DNA of 64,000 nt from an uncultured virus (IMG/VR IMGVR_UViG_3300025543_000015) (lineage: Duplodnaviria > Heunggongvirae > Uroviricota > Caudoviricetes > Crassvirales), in IMG/VR virus record IMGVR_UViG_3300025543_000015; one strand, given 5' to 3'. Of the stretch, positions 49,416 through 57,841 are shown one piece after another. The notes under the pieces were generated by a model. The model searched no databases and was not told the origin of the DNA. It was given only the letters and a program-made list of their open reading frames with translations. A program made the translations under genes and the position numbers. Position 1 is the first letter of the stretch, and each line of letters begins with the position of its first letter.

Positions 49416-49634
49416 TTAGCTCAACTCTAATTTAATCAGTTGTGATATTGGAAAACTAAGTGCAAGTATGCTTATCATAGCAAACACATATTCTCCTCTA
49501 ATTGATTGTTCCCATTTAAAGGGGTTCAGTTCTGCTAATACAAATGCAAAGCATACATAGGCTAAAATCCATAAAATAACTAAGCCTAACACAAAATATA
49601 TTGCATAGCTTTTATTTTTGCTTAATTTACTCAT
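49416..49634 (-). CDS. small two-TM membrane protein (cassette-borne)
   Basis: 72 aa, two hydrophobic helices. Confidence 0.6.
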   Translation of the reverse strand: MSKLSKNKSYAIYFVLGLVILWILAYVCFAFVLAELNPFKWEQSIRGEYVFAMISILALSFPISQLIKLELS

Positions 49635-49720
49635 TGTTCTATTTATTTAAGTTAATACTAATTCAAAGTTTGTATCTGTTTTGGTCGCTACGCACCATAT
49701 TCAAAACGTTAGCAAACATA

Positions 49721-49951
49721 TTATTGTTCGCTTTCGGCTTTAGCACAACCTTCACATTGTATAATATTGCAAAGTAGGTCTTTTTCATCCAAGCCATCAC
49801 AACCACAATAAAACGATTTGCTAACACCATCTGTAATTAATGGCTTTTGTCCGCTTTTAATTAAGTGTAGTTCTTCTGCTTGCTGCTCTATTATTAACTC
49901 TAGTTCATTAACCAAGTGTTCACCTTTTCCTTTGTAATTTCCTTTTTTCAT
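49721..49951 (-). CDS. cassette-type hypothetical protein, Cys-rich C-terminus
   Basis: LITDGVSKSFYC...QCEGC. Confidence 0.55.
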   Translation of the reverse strand: MKKGNYKGKGEHLVNELELIIEQQAEELHLIKSGQKPLITDGVSKSFYCGCDGLDEKDLLCNIIQCEGCAKAESEQ

Positions 49952-50681
49952 ATTCTCTATTAAGTGCTTTATTAACTACCATATTCTTACTATGTGGCTT
50001 ACCACCCTTCCAAGACTCCGGAAATACTTGCTTACCTTCAAACTCAATGTAGAAGGACTCAAACCCTTTAGGTGCTCCATCTACTACCTTCAACTTATTT
50101 TCATCCTTACACCAAACAATTCTAAGTTTAGCTTTCCAATCCTTTACCTGCTTGCCTCTACCATCAATCCATAGACCTTCTTTGCCATACTTCTTAGCTT
50201 TCTCTCTGTAAAAGTTTATGAAATCATCAGCACTCACTTTGTATCCAAGTTCTAATGCATAGTCCATAACCTCTGCAGGTGTTGGCTCTTCAAATTCCAC
50301 AACCTTTCTTGCTGTGTTAATGCCTAGCTTATCTAAAAGCTTTACTAATCCTTTAGGTAAAGTTGCTAGCTCTTTGTTTATCTTAAGTACCGTAGTATCA
50401 CTTTTTGGTACAGATGCAAAGTGACTAGGGACAATGAAGTACAAGTCATCATTATATTTTGCTACTTGTATATATCCCATCGTCTTCAAATCTGTAGTGG
50501 CTACTCTAATATCCTCAATACTTAATCCAAGCTGTAGCTTTACCAACTCTAGATTTACGCTAATAGCCCCAACAGTCATTATGTTAGGGCTTGTAGCTAA
50601 ATAAATATAAAGCAGTTTTGAATTGTTAGCTAGACATAGGAACTTGTTATCGCTCCATAGTTTGCTTATCTTAACTGCCAT
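49920..50681 (-). CDS. replication initiator/replisome organizer-like protein
   Basis: wHTH-like N-terminus (LWSDNKF..L...KLLYIYL) and FEEPT..EV..Y...F..FY...W...KDWKA domain. Confidence 0.6.
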   Translation of the reverse strand: MAVKISKLWSDNKFLCLANNSKLLYIYLATSPNIMTVGAISVNLELVKLQLGLSIEDIRVATTDLKTMGYIQVAKYNDDLYFIVPSHFASVPKSDTTVLKINKELATLPKGLVKLLDKLGINTARKVVEFEEPTPAEVMDYALELGYKVSADDFINFYREKAKKYGKEGLWIDGRGKQVKDWKAKLRIVWCKDENKLKVVDGAPKGFESFYIEFEGKQVFPESWKGGKPHSKNMVVNKALNREYEKRKLQRKR

Positions 50682-50688
50682 GACCTAT

Positions 50689-51483
50689 CTAAAATGGTAA
50701 GTCATCTTTCTCATCTGCCTCGGCATCATCCGGAGCTGTAGGAGCATCGTCCTCATCCTCATCACTATCATCATTTTTAGTAGCAGGTTTGTTACCATTA
50801 AAGTATGCCTGTAATTCATCGTCATACTCACCTGCCTCATCAGCTTGCTCATCAGTAATCTCTACTGTATCAAACTCTAGTACATAGAACCAAATTGGTC
50901 TAGGAGCACGAGGGTTCTTTTTAAGCTTAGCATCCAATTCTTTTTCTTCCTCGTCTGTCACAGGTACAAACTTACCTTTCAACAATTTAGATAGAGCACC
51001 TCTCTTAATGGTGATTACATTATCATACTCACCATCTCTGTCTAATGAGTCTAGGAAGTTAATCCACCCATTTAATGAAGACCCTTGGAATTGTAAGTTA
51101 CAAACCTCTTTACCCTCACCTGTAACATCACATAAGCAAATTACATTGGCAGTAAACTTACCACCTACTGCTTTTACTTTGTCCTTAATCTCCTTGTAAA
51201 GACCTTCGGCAATGTCTGTAGACTTACCATCCTTCCAAGAAGCTACTTTTAAAACTTCTGAACCTGTAGCTGCTACTAAGTTAGAAGTAATCTGTGCACT
51301 AGTGTCAGAATTAAATCCTGTTATAGATGAACGTACATCTAGCACCACGATTTCAAGCTCATCTAGCTCTACTCTCTCTTTACTCTCCTTATCGTAGTAG
51401 CTAAACTGTCCTGTACTACCACTGAATTGTAAATAACGTTTAATAGGTGAAGCATTTCCACCTCTTCTTTTTGTTCTGCTCAT
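50689..51483 (-). CDS. single-stranded DNA-binding protein (putative)
   Basis: Acidic tail ending DDLPF; replication context. Confidence 0.65.
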   Translation of the reverse strand: MSRTKRRGGNASPIKRYLQFSGSTGQFSYYDKESKERVELDELEIVVLDVRSSITGFNSDTSAQITSNLVAATGSEVLKVASWKDGKSTDIAEGLYKEIKDKVKAVGGKFTANVICLCDVTGEGKEVCNLQFQGSSLNGWINFLDSLDRDGEYDNVITIKRGALSKLLKGKFVPVTDEEEKELDAKLKKNPRAPRPIWFYVLEFDTVEITDEQADEAGEYDDELQAYFNGNKPATKNDDSDEDEDDAPTAPDDAEADEKDDLPF

Positions 51484-51504
51484 AATATAAAAATTAAATT
51501 AAAA

Positions 51505-51942
51505 TTAAATTGTTGTGTTTTCAAATTGCTCTACCTTGGATTGGTAGAATTGAAGCATGTCATGATAATCATGAATGTTCTTGCTACAGTTCCTGATACG
51601 CTTTGTATAGAATGCTTTGTTTTTTGGTAAGCTTTTCTTGTACTTAGCTTTCATCCTGTATAAACCCTCTATTGACTTTATATACTCGGCAACTCGGCTC
51701 TTGTTTCTAGTGTATGTAATAGTTCTTGCCCCTTTTATAAATCCGTGTTCCTGCATGACCTTTAAATCTTCTTGGCTCACTTCACTATAGAAATCACTTT
51801 GCCTTGTGTCTTGTATAGAATAAGAGTTATCATCGAAGTAGTGAGTAATCTTAAACCCATTCTCAATGATGAACTCATGGTCTCTAAATGTGAACACCTT
51901 TAATAACCTTGACTCCTCAAACCACTTTTGTATTTGTTCCAT
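51505..51942 (-). CDS. hypothetical protein
   Basis: Start set at MEQIQ, downstream of promoter 51960-51967. Confidence 0.6.
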   Translation of the reverse strand: MEQIQKWFEESRLLKVFTFRDHEFIIENGFKITHYFDDNSYSIQDTRQSDFYSEVSQEDLKVMQEHGFIKGARTITYTRNKSRVAEYIKSIEGLYRMKAKYKKSLPKNKAFYTKRIRNCSKNIHDYHDMLQFYQSKVEQFENTTI

Positions 51943-52007
51943 AAAATTTTTGTGGGTTGCAAATTTACGAATAATTTTTGACATTCGTAAACTTAGGTTA
52001 TTAATAA

Positions 52008-52238
52008 TTAGTCCTCTAAGAAACTCGTAAGCTTAGATGCAAGCTTGGCATTCTTTGCCGCTGATACATCTAGTACCTCAATTTCTGCAGTTAATTTAGC
52101 TGCCTTTCCAACATGTACTGCTGTAGCTGCTGCTATTTTCTCATTAATGTTTCGCAATCTAGTTGCTGTCTTCTCGAAGATACTTAAGGCATCTTGACTT
52201 TGTTTTTGTAGGCTAGCTACTTTGTTTACTGTAATCAT
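52008..52238 (-). CDS. coiled-coil hypothetical protein
   Basis: 76 aa. Confidence 0.65.
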   Translation of the reverse strand: MITVNKVASLQKQSQDALSIFEKTATRLRNINEKIAAATAVHVGKAAKLTAEIEVLDVSAAKNAKLASKLTSFLED

Positions 52239-52256
52239 GTTTTAAATGGTTTTAAA

Positions 52257-52406
52257 TTAAAATGTAAAAAATACTACTACTGTTGAATAAACAGTAGCTA
52301 CTATAGCTACTATAGCTACTATAGCTACTATAGCTACTATAGCTACTGCTATGACTATTGTGATAATGGCTTGTGCCAATATCTTCTCTAGCTTACTTAT
52401 TTTCAT
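52257..52406 (-). CDS. small membrane protein with (AIV)n repeat
   Basis: MKISKLEKILAQAIITIVIAVAIVAIVAIVAIVAIVATVYSTVVVFFTF. Confidence 0.5.
   Translation of the reverse strand: MKISKLEKILAQAIITIVIAVAIVAIVAIVAIVAIVATVYSTVVVFFTF
52295..52347. repeat. 9-bp tandem repeat (TAGCTACTA) x about 5.9
   Basis: Directly visible in the sequence. Confidence 0.95.
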
Positions 52407-52546
52407 ATGTTCCTGTTGTTGTGTAGCCACAATATAAATGCGTAGTAAGCACCTATAATAACTACTGCTAATAAAATCACTCTCATCTTTTAGTTTTTGC
52501 AAAGGTACAACCTTACAATTGATTGTACCCTACTGTTAACATATAA

Positions 52547-52804
52547 TTAACTCTTCATGGTAGGTAAGAACCTCATACCATCCCTCAGAATATTTCTGAA
52601 TAGTGCAGGGTTCATATCATCCAACCACTTCAAGTAATAAAAAGTTAAAGGTGTATCATGCTTGAACATTCTCTCTAACTCATTAGCTATCCTTTCTGTT
52701 GATACAACATTCATCTTCGTAGGCTAAAACAGTTTTATTGTGTTGACTGCCTCTCCGGAAAAGTTGAGGTTCTTGGTGATTGCAAATCTATAGCCAATAC
52801 TAAC
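52547..52804 (-). pseudogene. C-terminal remnant of tRNA nucleotidyltransferase (CCA-adding/poly(A) polymerase family)
   Basis: YRFAITKNL...KLF*PTKMNVVSTERIANELERMF; in-frame TAG at 52724-52726; catalytic head absent. Confidence 0.65.
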
Positions 52805-52811
52805 TTACCAT

Positions 52812-52943
52812 TTACCATTCAATCTCATCCTCATCTTTAGTTATATCTGCAATACACTTTACTACCAAAAAGAAAAATACTGCTAACGCTATTACTAGTG
52901 TGCCTATAGCTACAGCTAGGATAAAAAATTCTAGTTCCATCAT
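52812..52943 (-). CDS. small membrane protein (43 aa)
   Basis: MMELEFFILAVAIGTLVIALAVFFFLVVKCIADITKDEDEIEW; not in the ORF track. Confidence 0.55.
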   Translation of the reverse strand: MMELEFFILAVAIGTLVIALAVFFFLVVKCIADITKDEDEIEW

Positions 52944-53209
52944 ATTAAATTCTGTTTTAAGTACTGTATAATCATCCCTTGAAGTAGATAGTTCTTGGTT
53001 CTCAAGTACCTAGCATCGTAGCTATCTTCTAAGTGGTTAAGAACATAAGATACCCTCTCTTTGGCTACCTCATTATCCGTCTTTTCAAGCATTTGTTCTA
53101 AGTCCTCTATAGCACCTTTTACGGTAGTGCCACCTTTCATTATCTGCAGCTCTGCATGCTCGATAATAGTTCTGTACGGATTGTCAATCCATGCTAATTT
53201 GTTTTCCAT
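52940..53209 (-). CDS. hypothetical protein
   Basis: 89 aa. Confidence 0.6.
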   Translation of the reverse strand: MENKLAWIDNPYRTIIEHAELQIMKGGTTVKGAIEDLEQMLEKTDNEVAKERVSYVLNHLEDSYDARYLRTKNYLLQGMIIQYLKQNLI

Positions 53210-53229
53210 GTTTGTTGCTTTAAAATTAG

Positions 53230-53306
53230 AAGTGGGTGCAGGATTCGAACCTGCGATATACGACGATGAAGACGTAGCCTCTTAACCAACTCAGTCCATA
53301 CCCACT
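53230..53306 (-). tRNA. tRNA-like element with irregular anticodon arm (identity undetermined)
   Basis: AGTGGGT/ACCCACT acceptor, GCAGG-TTCGAAT-CCTGC, TACG-TCTTCATCGT-CGTA. Confidence 0.6.
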
Positions 53307-53314
53307 TTCCTTAA

Positions 53315-53683
53315 TTAATTTTCAGTATATAACCACTGTGTACCATTATCTGTAGTGTGTAGGAAAGGTAAGCTGTAATCACAGCTAATCTCTACAACCT
53401 CTCCACCTCTAAATACTAGCCCACCATCGCTTAAGGTCTCACATTCACCCTCAGTATCACCGTGGTCTAAATGGTCTTGAAGTGATGTTACATCAATAGA
53501 TATGGTCATGCCATTATGACATACATCAACCTTATCGGAAGTTGTGACCTTTGCATAAGATGACTTACCATAATCCTGTTGTGAAACTAATGTACATAGT
53601 GCAGGTTGAGTACACTCATCTTCACATGAAGTGAAGGTAAAAGATGCTAATGCTAACACCAAAATCAAAAATACTTTTTTCAT
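53315..53683 (-). CDS. lipoprotein
   Basis: Signal peptide with lipobox FTSC; KVDVCHNG...HLDHGD.EG.C motif. Confidence 0.7.
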   Translation of the reverse strand: MKKVFLILVLALASFTFTSCEDECTQPALCTLVSQQDYGKSSYAKVTTSDKVDVCHNGMTISIDVTSLQDHLDHGDTEGECETLSDGGLVFRGGEVVEISCDYSLPFLHTTDNGTQWLYTEN

Positions 53684-54135
53684 TCTCTTTTGTTTTTAAT
53701 TAATAAACTCTTGTAATGCAGGTATCGCTTTAGATACTTTAATGTTGATGTCTTCCTGTATCCCATATAGATACCACCATTCCACATCCTCACGATTTCG
53801 CTCTCGCTAGGCAACCTGCTATGCCTTCTCTTAAACAACCTAATACCTGCTTTTAAATACAGAATAAACATCTCCTTCGCAGTATGCTTATTGAAAGCCT
53901 GCTTGTGTGTATAGCTTGTGCCATATAACCTGTTGATGTCCTGTACACAAATATTGTGTATTTGAACTACTCCATAAGCTCTACCCCCATCACCAACCAC
54001 ATGTACCCTATTATTAGATTCAACATGCCTTACTATGTTGTATATCTTGTGTAGGTCTTGTGCCTTGACTGATGAGAGTGATAAGCTTATAAGTAGCACT
54101 AGGGTGAACCCCTGTCTTCTTGTCTCTCTTCCCAT
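53680..54135 (-). CDS. lysozyme-like/lytic transglycosylase with signal sequence
   Basis: HVES catalytic Glu, AYGVVQI, MWNGG. Confidence 0.75.
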   Translation of the reverse strand: MGRETRRQGFTLVLLISLSLSSVKAQDLHKIYNIVRHVESNNRVHVVGDGGRAYGVVQIHNICVQDINRLYGTSYTHKQAFNKHTAKEMFILYLKAGIRLFKRRHSRLPSESEIVRMWNGGIYMGYRKTSTLKYLKRYLHYKSLLIKNKRE

Positions 54136-54211
54136 ATTTTATCTTTTCGGTTAATAACCTTTAGGAGTAACCACACTATGAGCCACATGCCTGTAATACA
54201 GATTATGAATG

Positions 54212-54610
54212 TTACTGTGTCTTGTTCCAATATTGTAGGGATTTAATTAGAAGTAAAGTCTTTGTGTTCAGTGGAAATTCGTGACCCCTTACGTAGAAGC
54301 ATGCATCAAAGATTGCAACAATACTATCTCCTTTTAGGTTAAATAGCCCACCTACAAAACCATTATTATTAGATTTGGTGAATCCTAGACCATAAATCCT
54401 CATCGCCTCACTTATTTCAAAGTCATCTAAGATGTCATCTACAGGTTTGTTTTGGTATACCCTAGTGTGGTCAGTAAGCTGTTCAATAGGTCTCACAATA
54501 ATCTCTTTGTTGTGGTCGCTAATATTAATAGCTGACTGCCTAGCATCCTCCAAGCTCTTCTTCTCAGATACCCAAGCCCTGTCACCATTAATTGTTATAA
54601 ATTTTTCCAT
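54212..54610 (-). CDS. early hypothetical protein
   Basis: 132 aa in the co-oriented small-gene block. Confidence 0.6.
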   Translation of the reverse strand: MEKFITINGDRAWVSEKKSLEDARQSAINISDHNKEIIVRPIEQLTDHTRVYQNKPVDDILDDFEISEAMRIYGLGFTKSNNNGFVGGLFNLKGDSIVAIFDACFYVRGHEFPLNTKTLLLIKSLQYWNKTQ

Positions 54611-54612
54611 GT

Positions 54613-54870
54613 CTATTGTTTTAGTAGTTGTTGTATTAAATCAAAAGCCTCTTCTACTTTGTTTTTTGAATATACAGAGTGCTGTTCTCCACTTAAAACC
54701 ATTGAATTTAATAACCCTATAGCCATACCTATTTTAGTTAAATCTCCACTTATACCCCCTACCTCTGCTTTGAGGTAGGCTTCCATTAATTTTATAACAT
54801 CACGTTGGTCGTTAGATAATATGATGTTTAAATAAGCACGTTCCTTTCTGTAAAATTCTTCTGCTGTCAT
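54613..54870 (-). CDS. early hypothetical protein
   Basis: 85 aa. Confidence 0.6.
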   Translation of the reverse strand: MTAEEFYRKERAYLNIILSNDQRDVIKLMEAYLKAEVGGISGDLTKIGMAIGLLNSMVLSGEQHSVYSKNKVEEAFDLIQQLLKQ

Positions 54871-55106
54871 ATCACCTCTGATTTAGCGGTTGTTCTAATA
54901 AACCCTACCTCTATACCTATCTCAGTTCCCTGCTCTAAGTACTCCTGCAATTCACTCTCATCCGGTATTAAACTCCCTGAGTCATCATCGTGTAGAGCAT
55001 ATAAAGAAAATGCACCATTGGATATAACATCCTTGGCTTCCTGCTCTGTCAATACCTTCCATACGAAGTTATCGCTCTCTGTAATCTTAATTGTTTTTCG
55101 TGTCAT
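54867..55106 (-). CDS. early hypothetical protein
   Basis: 79 aa. Confidence 0.6.
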   Translation of the reverse strand: MTRKTIKITESDNFVWKVLTEQEAKDVISNGAFSLYALHDDDSGSLIPDESELQEYLEQGTEIGIEVGFIRTTAKSEVI

Positions 55107-55110
55107 GATT

Positions 55111-55299
55111 TTATTTATTAATAATTCTTATATAATTCTTTGTGTTATGGAAGTAGACATCCTCAAAGCTAGACCACTTGACCCTTTGCTTGATGTCTGC
55201 CTCCGTCTTACCTAGTAGCTCCAATCCTTCCTCGAAGGTGTCTCTACTAATATTTGCCTTATCCTTCTGTGGGATATATATTCTGACTAGTACGCTCAT
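55111..55299 (-). CDS. early hypothetical protein
   Basis: 62 aa. Confidence 0.55.
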   Translation of the reverse strand: MSVLVRIYIPQKDKANISRDTFEEGLELLGKTEADIKQRVKWSSFEDVYFHNTKNYIRIINK

Positions 55300-55300
55300 C

Positions 55301-55600
55301 CTACCAAAAATATGCGTTAGTAAATTCCGTCTTACTCTCTACCCAATCCAATACCTGTCCTGCGTAGTAGTCTGTTGTCAAGTCCTCCAAGAAGTCTTGA
55401 AGCTCTCGTATTGCACTTGAGCTACTAGTTGATACCTCTCGTCTGTCAAATTCAGTAGCCCCACTTTGGTCACTGCCTTTGCGTGTACCTGCTGAATAGT
55501 CCCAATCCTTTGCTATGATTGTTACCTTTGTCTTTGTTGCTACTGCTGTGATGATACCACCCTTGCAGTACTCACCAATCTTAAATGTTTTCGTTGCCAT
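55301..55600 (-). CDS. early hypothetical protein
   Basis: 99 aa, MATKTFKIGEYCKGGII. Confidence 0.65.
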   Translation of the reverse strand: MATKTFKIGEYCKGGIITAVATKTKVTIIAKDWDYSAGTRKGSDQSGATEFDRREVSTSSSSAIRELQDFLEDLTTDYYAGQVLDWVESKTEFTNAYFW

Positions 55601-55605
55601 ATTAA

Positions 55606-55890
55606 TTATGATTTACGATTAACAGGGATACACTCGTTGTACTTTACCTGCTTGAAATAGTCATACGTCTCTTCGTATGGATAGTATGGCTCACCATACA
55701 GAATAGTAAATGCCTTACTTGTGATGTTAAAACCAATACCATAGCTTGATGACCTAAACTCTAACGTCACTGTATCTGATAGCTCATCCCACTCATAGCC
55801 TCTGAACTGCACCCACTGTGCAGCTTCCCAAACTATGAAGTTCATCTTAGACATGTACTCACTTTTAAATCTCTCTAATGGTAGTGCCAT
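55606..55890 (-). CDS. early hypothetical protein
   Basis: 94 aa. Confidence 0.6.
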   Translation of the reverse strand: MALPLERFKSEYMSKMNFIVWEAAQWVQFRGYEWDELSDTVTLEFRSSSYGIGFNITSKAFTILYGEPYYPYEETYDYFKQVKYNECIPVNRKS

Positions 55891-55906
55891 AAATATAATA
55901 TTTAAT

Positions 55907-55975
55907 GATTAAGACAACCACCCTACATGAAAGTGAGAGTGATTGTTTCGGATACTAAATCCTCATCAGTTAATC
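55907..55975 (-). ncRNA. hammerhead ribozyme (type I), copy 1
   Basis: GATTAA-CTGATGA-GGAT(TTAGT)ATCC-GAA-ACAATCAC...GTGGTTGT-C-TTAATC; full catalytic core, GUC cleavage triplet. Confidence 0.9.
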
Positions 55976-56196
55976 TTAGCTGTGTACACAGGATTACCTT
56001 TCTTATCGTATGTAACTATGATAGGTCGGTGTCCTGTTACTGTGATAGCAGGCTCTCTGCTCTCTACAGGAGGATATGTACCCCCAATTTTGCCTTCCCC
56101 ATCTAACGGGTTAACGCATACTCCATTAACGAAATGGTTACCACCATCGTCAATCATGTGGTTTTCACCATCAACTTTAAAATACTGTGTCTTCAT
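55966..56196 (-). CDS. early hypothetical protein
   Basis: 76 aa; its TGA stop is part of the hammerhead CTGATGA core. Confidence 0.6.
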   Translation of the reverse strand: MKTQYFKVDGENHMIDDGGNHFVNGVCVNPLDGEGKIGGTYPPVESREPAITVTGHRPIIVTYDKKGNPVYTAKIN

Positions 56197-56331
56197 CTTT
56201 TTTAGAATTACAGGTTAATACTTGTTGCTCAAGGCAACCTCTTTTGAAGTCCTTCATAATGGACTTATTTGTTATGTGCTTTATGCCTAGAGTAGTCTCT
56301 AGACCATATACTGCTTGAATAATTTTCATAG

Positions 56332-56865
56332 TTAAATATTTACATGTGTTCCTCTTCCGTCTTCGTATGCCTCCATGATATAATCACGAGTCCTACGTGG
56401 TTGGTCATTGTAGTATTCCCACTCATCTTTATCGTGTAGGTCTACACTAGTCCTGCCTTCTACCCAATCCCATTCACTCTCATCATTCAACCAATCATAG
56501 TACTCTCTATAGTTCCTATGTATACCAAAGCTTGTGGACTCACAGCAATCACAATCCATACTAGTCACTGAGTAGTAGATAGTCTTGTTCTCAAAGTTAT
56601 ACCTGTACCAATGCTCTAGTCTAGTCTCAGTCTTGCTTAACCAACGTCTGAACCTAAACTTCATAGTATACCACAATTGCTTAGGTGTCTTCATCTCAAA
56701 TGTGTAGAAACTAAGTATGTAGTACCCTAGGTAGAAGCTTAATAGCTTGTTTAGGTATGTATCACTACTATATCTTATTCCTAGTCTAAACTTTCGTGTT
56801 CTGTTCTGTCTGTCCTGCAGGATGTACACCATGCCGAACCTTGTCTTACCTTGTATTGTCTTCAT
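56332..56865 (-). CDS. early hypothetical protein
   Basis: 177 aa, MDCDC motif. Confidence 0.6.
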   Translation of the reverse strand: MKTIQGKTRFGMVYILQDRQNRTRKFRLGIRYSSDTYLNKLLSFYLGYYILSFYTFEMKTPKQLWYTMKFRFRRWLSKTETRLEHWYRYNFENKTIYYSVTSMDCDCCESTSFGIHRNYREYYDWLNDESEWDWVEGRTSVDLHDKDEWEYYNDQPRRTRDYIMEAYEDGRGTHVNI

Positions 56866-56867
56866 AA

Positions 56868-57107
56868 CTATATATATAATGTGTTAATAAATTCCTTCAA
56901 TAGCTTGATGCCTAGTACATTTAACTGTACGTTACCAATCACGAGCCCCTGCTCATCAGCTTGTAGCTGTATGTGTAGAGATTCTGTCTCGGTGTTCTTA
57001 TTATCATACTCGGTGATGATAAAATCCCTGTAGCTTGTTGAGGTATCAATGTGTAACCTCTGACACCCTATTGATGTCTCCTGCTGTAGTTTAATTAAGT
57101 TATTCAT
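56868..57107 (-). CDS. early hypothetical protein
   Basis: 79 aa. Confidence 0.55.
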   Translation of the reverse strand: MNNLIKLQQETSIGCQRLHIDTSTSYRDFIITEYDNKNTETESLHIQLQADEQGLVIGNVQLNVLGIKLLKEFINTLYI

Positions 57108-57121
57108 CCTGTTTAATTTAT

Positions 57122-57182
57122 GATTAAGACATAAGCAGCGTAGCTACCCATGTTTCGGATACTAAATCCTCATCAGTTAATC
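57122..57182 (-). ncRNA. hammerhead ribozyme (type I), copy 2
   Basis: GATTAA-CTGATGA-GGAT(TTAGT)ATCC-GAA-ACATGGGTAGC(TAC)GCTGCTTATGT-C-TTAATC. Confidence 0.9.
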
Positions 57183-57494
57183 TTATCCATATATCCAATT
57201 AAAGTTCTTAGAGCTCGCCTTCTTAAGCTGAGTATGAAATCTTTTAATAGACCTAGCCAAAGCTAATGCCTCTTTAAATTCTGACTCAAAGCCACTCACG
57301 TCACAGCCATCACGTACTTCATCTCTGAACATACATAAGCTCTCATTAATACCTACTACTTGGTAGTATAAATCGTCATGCAGCCTATCAAATTCTTCTA
57401 TGTCATCTGCATAACACAAGTCACGCAAATCGTTCAATAAATTATAGGCTTTCTTACCTATCTGATAAATTCTCTTCTCTTCTTTAGTTGCCAT
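57183..57494 (-). CDS. early hypothetical protein
   Basis: 103 aa ending immediately before hammerhead 2. Confidence 0.6.
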   Translation of the reverse strand: MATKEEKRIYQIGKKAYNLLNDLRDLCYADDIEEFDRLHDDLYYQVVGINESLCMFRDEVRDGCDVSGFESEFKEALALARSIKRFHTQLKKASSKNFNWIYG

Positions 57495-57841
57495 AGTTTC
57501 TATTGTTTATTAGTTTTACATCCTACACTACTCTCTCTCTAGTTGCACCACTTGTGTACACTGAGTATCCGAAAGGTGTTACAGTCTTCTTAACTGCATT
57601 CCTGTCCTGCAATTCACCCTTATCTTTGTTACTCTTAAATGTTGTCATGATATTATAAATTAAATCCTCCAAAGCTTGCGTTAGCAATGGTTGATGGGTT
57701 AATAATTAGGTTACCTATCAAAGCTAGTACTGATACTGCTATGAATGTTAGTGCTATAGCTACAGGTATGTTCACTGCTAAGCTGTTTGTATCTGTCAAT
57801 TTTGATATTAAAGTATTCATGGTGTATAATTTTAATTGTTA

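Larger units (their letters stand above)
47965..49825. mobile_element. array of attC-like sites with small antisense ORFs (integron-cassette-like, no integrase)
   Basis: Repeated ..AAC left cores and GTT.. right cores with inner imperfect inverted repeats; see findings. Confidence 0.65.

Noticed and set aside
47965..49825. CRISPR array
   Set aside because: The repeats are degenerate inverted arms with long coding intervals, not identical direct repeats with 30-40 nt spacers.
55907..57185. Diversity-generating retroelement TR/VR pair
   Set aside because: The repeat is an exact 35-mer forming ribozyme cores, with no adenine-specific variation and no reverse transcriptase in the window.
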